64,000 bases of DNA. Origin: an uncultured cyanobacterium (GTDB lineage Bacteria > Cyanobacteriota > Cyanobacteriia > Cyanobacteriales > CAWUOF01). Both the position numbers and the translations under genes were made by a program. Each line of letters starts with the position of its first letter. Position 1 is the stretch's first letter. This document shows, in pieces, positions 52,986 through 61,682 of this stretch. The notes under the pieces are model-generated. The model ran no database searches and was not told the origin of the DNA. It saw nothing but the letters and a program-made list of their open reading frames with translations. The DNA lies in contig CAVUSO010000001.1 in assembly GCA_963744145.1 (NCBI GenBank), positions 2,336,001-2,400,000 of the forward strand, read 5' to 3'.

Positions 52986-53615
52986 TTAAGGTTGGTGATC
53001 TTCCTCTTTAACGACAAAATTAATTCGTTGGTAAATATCTGTCAGGGGGATTTGCAATTCTAGGGATTCTAGGGTTAATATAGATTCCTGGGATTCATAT
53101 TCTGTTAATTCCCATTTCCCCTTTGAATTTTTGGCAAATTGTTCGATATGATAACTATATTGATCAATTAAAATGTATTCCTGCAATTCTGGGATTGAAC
53201 GATAAAATCGAAATTTATTACCGCGATCGTAGTTTTCGGTTGAATCAGATAAAATCTCTATAATCATAAGTGGATTTGTCACGTTCGTCTGCTTATTTCC
53301 TTGATAAATTGGTTGTCCTTGAATCACCATGATATCAGGATAGAAGTAACGACGAATTTCGGGTATCCACAGACGTACATCACTAATAAATATCTCATAA
53401 TCTTGATCATTCATACTCAAGAGAAATTGGCGGCAAAAATTTAGGGCAATTTTATTATGATTAGCAGTTCCACCTGTTATTTGAATAATCTCTCCATCAT
53501 GGTATTCACTTTTATCGATCGCAGTTTCTTCTAAAGCTAGATATTCTTCCGGTGTGTAGTAGCGTTTTTCAGGTTTTGGCTGATTAGCGATCGGGTTTAT
53601 TACCTGAGTTTCCAT
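52986..53615 (-). CDS. Uma2-family endonuclease-like protein
   Basis: YTPEEYLALE..SEYHDGEI..YPDIMV..IIEILSDSTENYDRGNKF. Confidence 0.92.
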   Translation of the reverse strand: METQVINPIANQPKPEKRYYTPEEYLALEETAIDKSEYHDGEIIQITGGTANHNKIALNFCRQFLLSMNDQDYEIFISDVRLWIPEIRRYFYPDIMVIQGQPIYQGNKQTNVTNPLMIIEILSDSTENYDRGNKFRFYRSIPELQEYILIDQYSYHIEQFAKNSKGKWELTEYESQESILTLESLELQIPLTDIYQRINFVVKEEDHQP

Positions 53616-53687
53616 AGTTATTTCCTTCCCCATTTGCAGTCATTTTATGATTATACAATAAGTTGTTAATCCTGACAATTGGAGCTT

Positions 53688-53978
53688 GTAGGGGCAAAGC
53701 ATTTCGGCAGATCAGTAATGGCTTAAAACTAGAAAGATATGACCGAAATGCTTTGCCCTCGGCCATTTATGAATCAAAGAGATTGACTATATTCCCATGC
53801 TGTTTTAATTGAATTGGATTTTAATATATAGTTGATCTGTTGGTTTCATAAATGGTGAGGGCAAAGCATTTCGGTCATATTATACTTCCCTTCGACTACG
53901 CCCTTCGACTCCGCTCAGGGAACACTCAGGGTAAACGCTTAGGCCATTATCTATTCGCCGAAATGCTTTGCCCCTACA
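53688..53978. repeat. Cluster of REP-like inverted repeats
   Basis: Two GGGCAAAGCATTTCGG...CCGAAATGCTTTGCCC pairs and a nested CCCTTCGACT(A/C)CGC duplication. Confidence 0.8.
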
Positions 53979-54104
53979 ATTAACTGAATAATTTGTATTC
54001 TTCGATCGCAATTTGTAAAGTTTTGTATCAGAATGGCAATTTTCTGAGCAAAAATCGATGATTTTTAGTATAATCTAGGCTAATTTGTCAAAACGCATCT
54101 ACCT

Positions 54105-57100
54105 ATGAAAATTATACATGGAACTTGGATTCCAGAATCAACAAATACTTTTATTCAAAAAGGTGGATTTTTTATTTGGGTGGAAACCCCGATTAAAATT
54201 AATCAGAAATATCCAGCAGGTTATCATCCTGGTCAGCTTAGTGGGACGGAATTAGAAGCATTTTTAATTAATGATTTAGGTGTACCCGCGATCGCGAATG
54301 GGAAATTGAGTCAAAAAATCTCTGCTAAATATTTTGCTCTCCCGACCGCGAATCATCAACCTTTACCTTCACCAGAATTAGAGAAATATTTAGAAACAGA
54401 AGTAGATCAGGAATATGAAAATTTAAATTTTGCCTATTGGGAAGTTAATGCTTATGAAGTTAGTTTAAAAATGGGAGATGCTATTTATAATCATAATATT
54501 ATTAAATTTCTGAACAATATTCATTTTTTATGTATTCACAACTCCTTAGAAATCTCATTTGGTTCAGATTTATTGTTTTGGTATCACTACACCCAAGCGT
54601 TTAAAGAAATTATTCTGAAAGATCAATATATTCCAGCTTTAATCTATCAGGAACCCCAGATTCCTATTACTAAAGGTAAACGGAAAAAGCCGGAGAATTC
54701 CTTTGAGATTTATGGAGGGTGGGAAATTATTCCTGATCAATCTACTAGATTAATTAACAATTATACAGCTTATATGCCCTTAGTTTGTACTGCGGGAGCA
54801 ATGAGTCCTAGGACAACAGTAGAATTTTATGAGCGAGATAGTTTACTAATTCATTTTTCTGAATATTTACTCCATGAAATTGTCACCAACACACCTTCAA
54901 CAGCTAAATTTGATCAATTAATCACAGATACTTTAATCTCGCGTTGCTTTAATTCCGATCCAAACAATCCGAGAACTAGTACATCAGCACTAGAAGAATA
55001 TAAACAGTGGTATGCTTGGAGAGAAAAATTAACTAGCAGTCATGCTCATGCTACTTTTAATCTTTGTTTCTTATTAGAAGAAGCAAGTCGGGAAACTGAT
55101 GATTGGAGAATTCATTTTCTCGCTAATGCTAAAGAAGATCCTTCCTTTCGATTACCTTTGAGTGAATATTGGGGCTTAAATCAGAGTCGAAAAAAGGAAT
55201 TGGGAATGTATTTTGGGAAAGATTTTGAAACCCAGCTCTTATTAAATTTAGGACAAGCTGCGAGAATTTATCCCAAAATTTGGGAAGGATTAGAAACAGA
55301 TCGTCCGGTGGGATTATTATTAAATGTGAACGAAGCATTTGAGTTTTTGAAAGAAAGTGCTTGGATCTTAGAAGATGCTGGTTATAAAGTAATTATTCCT
55401 GCTTGGTGGACACCAGAAGGTCGTCGTCGGGCAAAAATTCGTCTCAAGACTTCGACCAGAGCAAAAGCAGCAGCACTGAAACAAGGATATTTTAGTTTAG
55501 ATTCTCTGATTCAATATAGTTATCAATTATCAATGGGGGGTGAAGTTATCACCCAGAAAGAATGGGAACGATTAGTAGATACAAAAACTCCCCTGATCCA
55601 ATGGAGAGGACAGTGGATGGAGTTGGATATTGAAAAAATGCAGCAGTTGCTCGAATTTTGGCGATCGCAAGCTGAAGAACAACCAGAAATTGAGCTATTA
55701 GATTTATTGAAAATGACTGCTGATGTGGAAACCGATTTAGAAATTGAACATGATGAAGTTTTATCAGATTTGATGGCAAAATTACAAGATAAGAGTCGGA
55801 TTGAAATGATTGAAGATCCACCCCAATTACAAGGGAAATTGCGGGAATATCAAAAACGGGGAGTATCCTGGTTACAATATTTAGACGGATTGGGTTTAAA
55901 TGGATGTTTAGCTGACGATATGGGATTAGGAAAGTCAGTTCAAGTCATTGCTCGGTTAGTTAATGAAAAAGCTACAGCAGCAAAACCACTTCCTCCCACC
56001 TTATTAATAGCACCTACTTCAGTAGTAGGAAATTGGCAAAAAGAAATTGAAAAATTTGCTCCCCATTTACGGACTATGGTTCATCATGGGAGCGATCGCA
56101 TTCAAGTACCAGCGGATTTTAAAGCTGCTTGTTCGGAATATGATGTAGTCATTAGTTCCTTTACTTTAGCACGGAAGGATGAAAAACTATTTAGTAGTGT
56201 GAAATGGCAACGTTTAGTTTTAGATGAAGCTCAAAATATCAAAAATCCTAAAGCTGCTCAAACTAAAGCTATTTTAAAATTAAAAGCTAAACATAAATTA
56301 GCTTTAACTGGAACACCAGTAGAAAATCGTTTGCTTGATTTGTGGTCAATTTTCAATTTTCTGAATCCAGGTTATTTAGGAAAAGAAACCCAATTTCGTA
56401 AAGCATTTGAGCTTCCAATTCAAAAAGATAACAACCGAGTTAAGTCTACTACCCTAAAACAATTAGTAGAACCGTTTATTTTGCGACGGGTAAAGACCGA
56501 TAAATCAATTATTAATGATTTACCGGATAAAGTCGAGCAAAAGGTTTATTGTAATTTAACCAAAGAACAAGCTTCGCTCTATGAAGCTTTAGTTAAAGAT
56601 GTGAGTGAACAAATTAATAGTCTTGAAGGTATCCAAAGGAAAGGGTTAATTTTAGCAACTTTATTAAAATTAAAGCAAATTTGCAATCATCCTGCCCAAT
56701 TTTTACAAGATGGAAGTGAATTTTCAGTAGAGCGATCGCATAAACTTAGTCGTCTAACTGAAATGGTCGAGGAAGTAATGACAGAAGGAGAAAGTTTATT
56801 AATCTTCAGTCAATTTACCGAAATTTGTGCGGGATTAGAAAAATACTTCAAGCACACTTGTCATTATAACACCTATTATATACATGGAGGAACTAATCGA
56901 CATAAGCGGGAACAAATGATCAGTGAATTCCAACAAGAAGAAACGGAAGCATCAATATTTATTCTATCCCTAAAAGCAGGGGGAGTAGGGATTACACTCA
57001 CCAAAGCTAATCATGTATTTCATTTTGATCGTTGGTGGAATCCAGCAGTAGAAGATCAAGCAACAGATCGAGCTTTTCGGATTGGTCAAAGTAAAAACGT

Positions 57101-57278
57101 TTTTGTCCATAAATTTGTCGCGATCGGGACTTTAGAAGAACGGATCGATCAGATGATTACCGATAAGAAAAAATTAGCTGATGCAGTCATGAATGCAGAT
57201 GAATCTTGGTTAACTGAGTTAGACAATGAAGCGTTTAAGGAATTGATTAGCTTGAATAAAGCTGCTATTTTAGATTAA
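54105..57278 (+). CDS. SNF2-family helicase (cyanobacterial type)
   Basis: LADDMGLGKS, LDEAQNIKN, LTGTPVENR, SLKAGGVG and DRWWNPAVEDQATDRAFRIGQ. Confidence 0.95.
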   Translation: MKIIHGTWIPESTNTFIQKGGFFIWVETPIKINQKYPAGYHPGQLSGTELEAFLINDLGVPAIANGKLSQKISAKYFALPTANHQPLPSPELEKYLETEVDQEYENLNFAYWEVNAYEVSLKMGDAIYNHNIIKFLNNIHFLCIHNSLEISFGSDLLFWYHYTQAFKEIILKDQYIPALIYQEPQIPITKGKRKKPENSFEIYGGWEIIPDQSTRLINNYTAYMPLVCTAGAMSPRTTVEFYERDSLLIHFSEYLLHEIVTNTPSTAKFDQLITDTLISRCFNSDPNNPRTSTSALEEYKQWYAWREKLTSSHAHATFNLCFLLEEASRETDDWRIHFLANAKEDPSFRLPLSEYWGLNQSRKKELGMYFGKDFETQLLLNLGQAARIYPKIWEGLETDRPVGLLLNVNEAFEFLKESAWILEDAGYKVIIPAWWTPEGRRRAKIRLKTSTRAKAAALKQGYFSLDSLIQYSYQLSMGGEVITQKEWERLVDTKTPLIQWRGQWMELDIEKMQQLLEFWRSQAEEQPEIELLDLLKMTADVETDLEIEHDEVLSDLMAKLQDKSRIEMIEDPPQLQGKLREYQKRGVSWLQYLDGLGLNGCLADDMGLGKSVQVIARLVNEKATAAKPLPPTLLIAPTSVVGNWQKEIEKFAPHLRTMVHHGSDRIQVPADFKAACSEYDVVISSFTLARKDEKLFSSVKWQRLVLDEAQNIKNPKAAQTKAILKLKAKHKLALTGTPVENRLLDLWSIFNFLNPGYLGKETQFRKAFELPIQKDNNRVKSTTLKQLVEPFILRRVKTDKSIINDLPDKVEQKVYCNLTKEQASLYEALVKDVSEQINSLEGIQRKGLILATLLKLKQICNHPAQFLQDGSEFSVERSHKLSRLTEMVEEVMTEGESLLIFSQFTEICAGLEKYFKHTCHYNTYYIHGGTNRHKREQMISEFQQEETEASIFILSLKAGGVGITLTKANHVFHFDRWWNPAVEDQATDRAFRIGQSKNVFVHKFVAIGTLEERIDQMITDKKKLADAVMNADESWLTELDNEAFKELISLNKAAILD

Positions 57279-57304
57279 CTTTAACCTAACTAGGGAGAAA
57301 AATA

Positions 57305-58144
57305 ATGGCTCAATTTAGTAAGACTTGGTGGGGAAAACGTTTTATTCTAGCATTAGAAAGGTTTAGTAATCCCTCGCGATTATCAAGAGGACGTTCCTAT
57401 GCTAGCAATGGGAAAGTAATTAGTTGCGAAGTGAAAAATAACACAATTTCTGCGGTAGTGAGAGGTTCAATAAATCCCTATTTTGGAGTTTACAAAGAAC
57501 CCAAATATAAGACGACCATTAAAATTACTCCCATTAGTAGTGCTAATTGGTCGAAAGTGCTTAGTAAACTGTCCTCAAAAGCTAGTTTTGTTTCCAAATT
57601 ACTGTTAAATGAAGTTCCTGATAATATTGAAAATGCTTTTAGCGAGCTGGGATTACATCTTCTTCCTTATAGTGAAAAGGATTTTGATAATAATTGTTCT
57701 TGTCCCGATTACGAGAATCCATGTAAACATATTGCGGGAGTATATTATTTAGTAGCATCTCAGTTAGATCATGATCCATTTCTGTTATTTGAACTCAGAG
57801 GTTTATCGAGAAGTGAGTTACAAACTGAATTAGCTAAAACTCCTTTAGGGAAAATTTTATCAGCTGAATTAGGAACGAAAGAATATATCTTAAATTCCGC
57901 AGAGTCTTATTATTCTCCGCTAGAAAAAGTCACAATAAACGAGCCAATTAATCCAAGAGAGTTTTGGTTAGGAACTAAACGACTTCCCCAAACCATAGAA
58001 ACAGCTCAATCTGCATCATTATCTGCGATCGCGGTGAAAAAGCAAGGGGATTTTCCGGCTTTTTGGAAAAAAGATTATTCTTTTATTGCGGTAATGGAAG
58101 AGTTTTATGAACGGGTGAAGACTAAAAATAAAGATGTTTTATAA
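57305..58144 (+). CDS. SWIM zinc-finger protein
   Basis: RLSRGRSYA, CSCPD..PCKHIAG and DPFLLFELRG; the usual SNF2 partner. Confidence 0.92.
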   Translation: MAQFSKTWWGKRFILALERFSNPSRLSRGRSYASNGKVISCEVKNNTISAVVRGSINPYFGVYKEPKYKTTIKITPISSANWSKVLSKLSSKASFVSKLLLNEVPDNIENAFSELGLHLLPYSEKDFDNNCSCPDYENPCKHIAGVYYLVASQLDHDPFLLFELRGLSRSELQTELAKTPLGKILSAELGTKEYILNSAESYYSPLEKVTINEPINPREFWLGTKRLPQTIETAQSASLSAIAVKKQGDFPAFWKKDYSFIAVMEEFYERVKTKNKDVL

Positions 58145-58184
58145 TGGGAGGAAAATAGTTGGCGATCGTCAGCTAAATTTCCGA

Positions 58185-59078
58185 TTAGAACACAGATAAA
58201 TTTAACTGTTTAGCACCATCAAAAGAAGCATTATTAAGAATAGCTTTTCGGAAGTTTGTATTTTTCAGTGTGGCATTGGTAAAATTAACACCAGAGCAGT
58301 TAGCATTTTGGAAAGATGTACCACCTAGAGCTGAAATATTTACTGCAATTGTATGAAGCCATGTATTTTTATTGCTCACTTTAACAGAGTGCCAACCCCT
58401 ATAGACATAGAGCAACATTAATAAATATATACACACATCAATTGGAAAATAAATAGTCATCGACCAATCCAACGGAAAATCCATTATCCCAAGCACAGAA
58501 AGAGGCATCTGTGTTACAACATAGAAGATAAAGAGAAGAGCATCGGTATCTCCAGCTATTCTAGTAATTGCGATCGCAGTAGCAATAATAATATCGGCAA
58601 AGAAAATAATAGAGATAATTCTGGTATTTTTATCTATAAACATAAGAATAATCATAAAAACAAAACTAATTATGGCCAATTTCCTCAAATCTAATTTTTG
58701 ATAAAGGGGTAAAAAACTAAACCCTAAAACCATAAATAAATAGATATAACCATAGGCAGTAATATTATAGGTTTTTTGTCCATTAAATGACATTAATCCA
58801 AATGTAGCTAGATAGGTTTGAGAAAATGTTGCAATCACTAAAGCTGCAAAACAAATAGTCAAAAATGTAAATATCCATCGCTTCTGCAATCCAGCATTAG
58901 CTTGGACAAATTTACAACCAGTTAGATTAGCTCGACTAAAATCAGTTCCCCTGATATCACATTGAGAAAAATCAGCACCTGATAAGTCTTTACCTTGAAA
59001 CGATAAACCCCTAAGATTCTTATTGCGAAAGTCTCTTTTCCCTTTATTGTAGCAATTTAATATTTCTTTAGCCTTCAT
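58185..59078 (-). CDS. Pentapeptide-repeat membrane protein
   Basis: RDFRNKNLRG..DLSGADFS, several TM segments, then GGTSFQNAN..FTNATLK. Confidence 0.8.
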   Translation of the reverse strand: MKAKEILNCYNKGKRDFRNKNLRGLSFQGKDLSGADFSQCDIRGTDFSRANLTGCKFVQANAGLQKRWIFTFLTICFAALVIATFSQTYLATFGLMSFNGQKTYNITAYGYIYLFMVLGFSFLPLYQKLDLRKLAIISFVFMIILMFIDKNTRIISIIFFADIIIATAIAITRIAGDTDALLFIFYVVTQMPLSVLGIMDFPLDWSMTIYFPIDVCIYLLMLLYVYRGWHSVKVSNKNTWLHTIAVNISALGGTSFQNANCSGVNFTNATLKNTNFRKAILNNASFDGAKQLNLSVF

Positions 59079-59307
59079 AACAGCTTTTTCAAGAGAAGAA
59101 TAACGACCGCTCACATATTTATTTGATTATAAACCTCACCATCAAAAATTGCCTAGGACTATCATCTGATTAATCTGTGACGCGCTACATTGACAATCTG
59201 TAATAAATAGGGTAAATTTAGAAGTCGGGTTTAGATATTGCTGTATATTGATGGGAGCTTTTGACCTTCGACTTAAACCCCCTATTAATTCTTAAGAAAA
59301 CAGCCAG

Positions 59308-61521
59308 ATGTCCCAAATTAAACGCCGTCATTTTCTCCAATTTGCTGGCTCAACTCTAGCTGCTATGGGTCTGAGTCAGATTGACTTTTTCCGACAAGCA
59401 AATCAGTATGCTCAGGTTCTTGCTCAGAATACTACTCGTAAACTTGCCCTGTTGATTGGAATTAATAACTACCCTGCTCCTAATGGTTTATCCGGTTGTG
59501 ATACTGATGTCGATCTACAGCGGGAGTTACTAATTTATCGCTATGGCTTTAATCCGAAAGATATCTACGAAGTTCGAGATGAGAAAGCAACTCGTCAGGG
59601 TATTTTGGATGCGTTTGAAGAGCATTTAATTAATCAGGCACAACCTGGGGATGTGGTGATCTTTCACTATTCTGGTCATGGTTCGCGAGTTCAGGATGCT
59701 GATCCAAATCCTGGGATGGTTTTCAATAATCAGGGTTTTAACAGTACCCTCGTTCCTGTCGATCGGGAGATTCTGAATTCCCATCAAGTGCGCGATATTA
59801 TGGGACATACCCTGTTCCTGCTGACTTCTGCTTTAGCAACGGATCAGGTGACGATGGTGCTGGATAGCTGTTTTTCTGGTGGTGGTTTGCGGGGAAATAC
59901 CCGAATTCGGGCTTATCCTACTCGCGATCGCTATAGTATTGGTGAACTTCCCAGTCAAGCGGAATTTGACTATCAGAACCGTTGGTTAGCGGATAAACGG
60001 GTAAATTTGACTCCCCAAGCATTTGCCCAAAAACGGAAAGTTGGGATTGCCAAAGGAGTTGCCATCGGGGCGGCATTGACCACACAGGAAGCTCACGAAG
60101 CACCAGAGCAAACCTTTGGGGGCAATCTTCAGGCAGGAGTTTTTACTTATCTGTTGACTCGATATCTATGGCAACTTTCTATTCAACAGTCGATCGCCAC
60201 AACTTTTGATTATTTGGCACTTAGTACGGGTAAATTGACACTCGAACGACAAAAACCTTTATTAGAAACAAATAACTTAAGCAGTCCGATCCAAAAACAA
60301 CCTGTTTATTTCCTGAATTCAACAACCCCTGCGGCGGAGGCTGTAGTCAATAAAGAGCCAGAAAGTAATGAAAAAATTTCCTTTTGGTTGGGAGGAGTTT
60401 CCCCTACAACACTGATAACTTATGAACCAGGTGCAAAATTTGACATCATTGATAACCAAGGAAATGCGGTTGGAGTAATTGAGCTAACGGGTCGAGACCA
60501 TCTGCAAGCTGTGGGCAAATTGTTACCTGGTGGAAAAACTTCAGTTACAAAAGGAACTCTGCTACGAGAGCAAATTAAAGGTGTACCAGCCAATCTGACT
60601 CTCAAGGTGGGAATGGATGTATCTCTGGGCAATGATCTTGCTACTGTACAACAAGCACTTCAGTCTATGAACCGGATCGAAGTTTTACCCGTGACCCAGC
60701 AGCAAGAACTAGATTGTGTATTCGGGCGAATGTCTGACCAGATATTGGGTCAGTTGAAGTTACAGAATTTTGGCAAGCTTCCACCGGAAAATAGTTTCTG
60801 TTTATTTAACCCGGATCTAACTCCGATCGCCGACTCATCTGGTGCGGTTAGTGAATCAGTAACATCAGCGATCGCCCGATTACGTCCCCGATTGAAAGCT
60901 TTGTTAGCTAGAAAAGTATTGAAAGCTGTTTTGGGAGATAGCAACGGTTCTCCTCTCAGGGTTAGTGCTGACATCATCCAAGATGATCAAGGAAAAGAAA
61001 CAACCTTGACCACGCTGAATAGTCGGGGGAATCAAGAAGCAGGTGGAAGGTCTTTAACTATTAATATTCCATCAAAACCATTAAAACCTGATACCAATCT
61101 CTATGTGCAGGTGCAGAATAATGAATCTAAAACCTTGTATGTGGCGATTTTAGTAATTTCTGATAGTGGCGAATTTAATGTGTTATATCCCATTGGAAAC
61201 GCGATCGATTCTGCTTTAGTTGAAAAGGGTAAATCTTTGAAAACTCCCTATCCGATTATTACGCAGGGTCCAGCAGGATATTTTGAGTTATTGGTGATTG
61301 CAAGCAAGGATCAATTGAGAGATACACTTAAAGCAGTGACAGAAATTGCTAAAGGTCGTAGTAGAGGAAGTGAACCTGTGATACTACAAGAAGATGAACC
61401 GTTACAAGTTGTCAATGAGATATTGGGCGATATAGCCCGAGCAGGTGCAAAAGCTGGAATCCAAGGAATAGATACAAGGATATCAGCAACTTTATCTACT
61501 GTTATACAAGTTACTGATTGA
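59308..61521 (+). CDS. Caspase-family (peptidase C14) protein with twin-arginine-like N-terminus
   Basis: KRRHFLQ, ALLIGINNY and the catalytic dyad motifs HYSGHG and LDSCFSG. Confidence 0.9.
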   Translation: MSQIKRRHFLQFAGSTLAAMGLSQIDFFRQANQYAQVLAQNTTRKLALLIGINNYPAPNGLSGCDTDVDLQRELLIYRYGFNPKDIYEVRDEKATRQGILDAFEEHLINQAQPGDVVIFHYSGHGSRVQDADPNPGMVFNNQGFNSTLVPVDREILNSHQVRDIMGHTLFLLTSALATDQVTMVLDSCFSGGGLRGNTRIRAYPTRDRYSIGELPSQAEFDYQNRWLADKRVNLTPQAFAQKRKVGIAKGVAIGAALTTQEAHEAPEQTFGGNLQAGVFTYLLTRYLWQLSIQQSIATTFDYLALSTGKLTLERQKPLLETNNLSSPIQKQPVYFLNSTTPAAEAVVNKEPESNEKISFWLGGVSPTTLITYEPGAKFDIIDNQGNAVGVIELTGRDHLQAVGKLLPGGKTSVTKGTLLREQIKGVPANLTLKVGMDVSLGNDLATVQQALQSMNRIEVLPVTQQQELDCVFGRMSDQILGQLKLQNFGKLPPENSFCLFNPDLTPIADSSGAVSESVTSAIARLRPRLKALLARKVLKAVLGDSNGSPLRVSADIIQDDQGKETTLTTLNSRGNQEAGGRSLTINIPSKPLKPDTNLYVQVQNNESKTLYVAILVISDSGEFNVLYPIGNAIDSALVEKGKSLKTPYPIITQGPAGYFELLVIASKDQLRDTLKAVTEIAKGRSRGSEPVILQEDEPLQVVNEILGDIARAGAKAGIQGIDTRISATLSTVIQVTD

Positions 61522-61682
61522 TGAATCTAGAATTAGCAGTTTTAGAGCATCGCGGTTATTTTAGATCAGAAAGCCGTTATAATTCTATTGTAAATATGCG
61601 ATCGCCGCCTATTTTTTGTTAGTTGAGAATTTTTCAGTAATTTTTTGGTATTTTAATGAAAATATAATTTGAGTATAAAAAT

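Noticed and set aside
20526..53615. Three Uma2 nucleases as Cas4-like partners of the array
   Set aside because: They lack Cas4 Fe-S cysteines, and Uma2 is a highly expanded, scattered family in cyanobacteria.
54105..58144. SNF2 + SWIM pair as a novel defence system
   Set aside because: This is a widespread conserved bacterial pair, with no methylase or nuclease partners adjacent.
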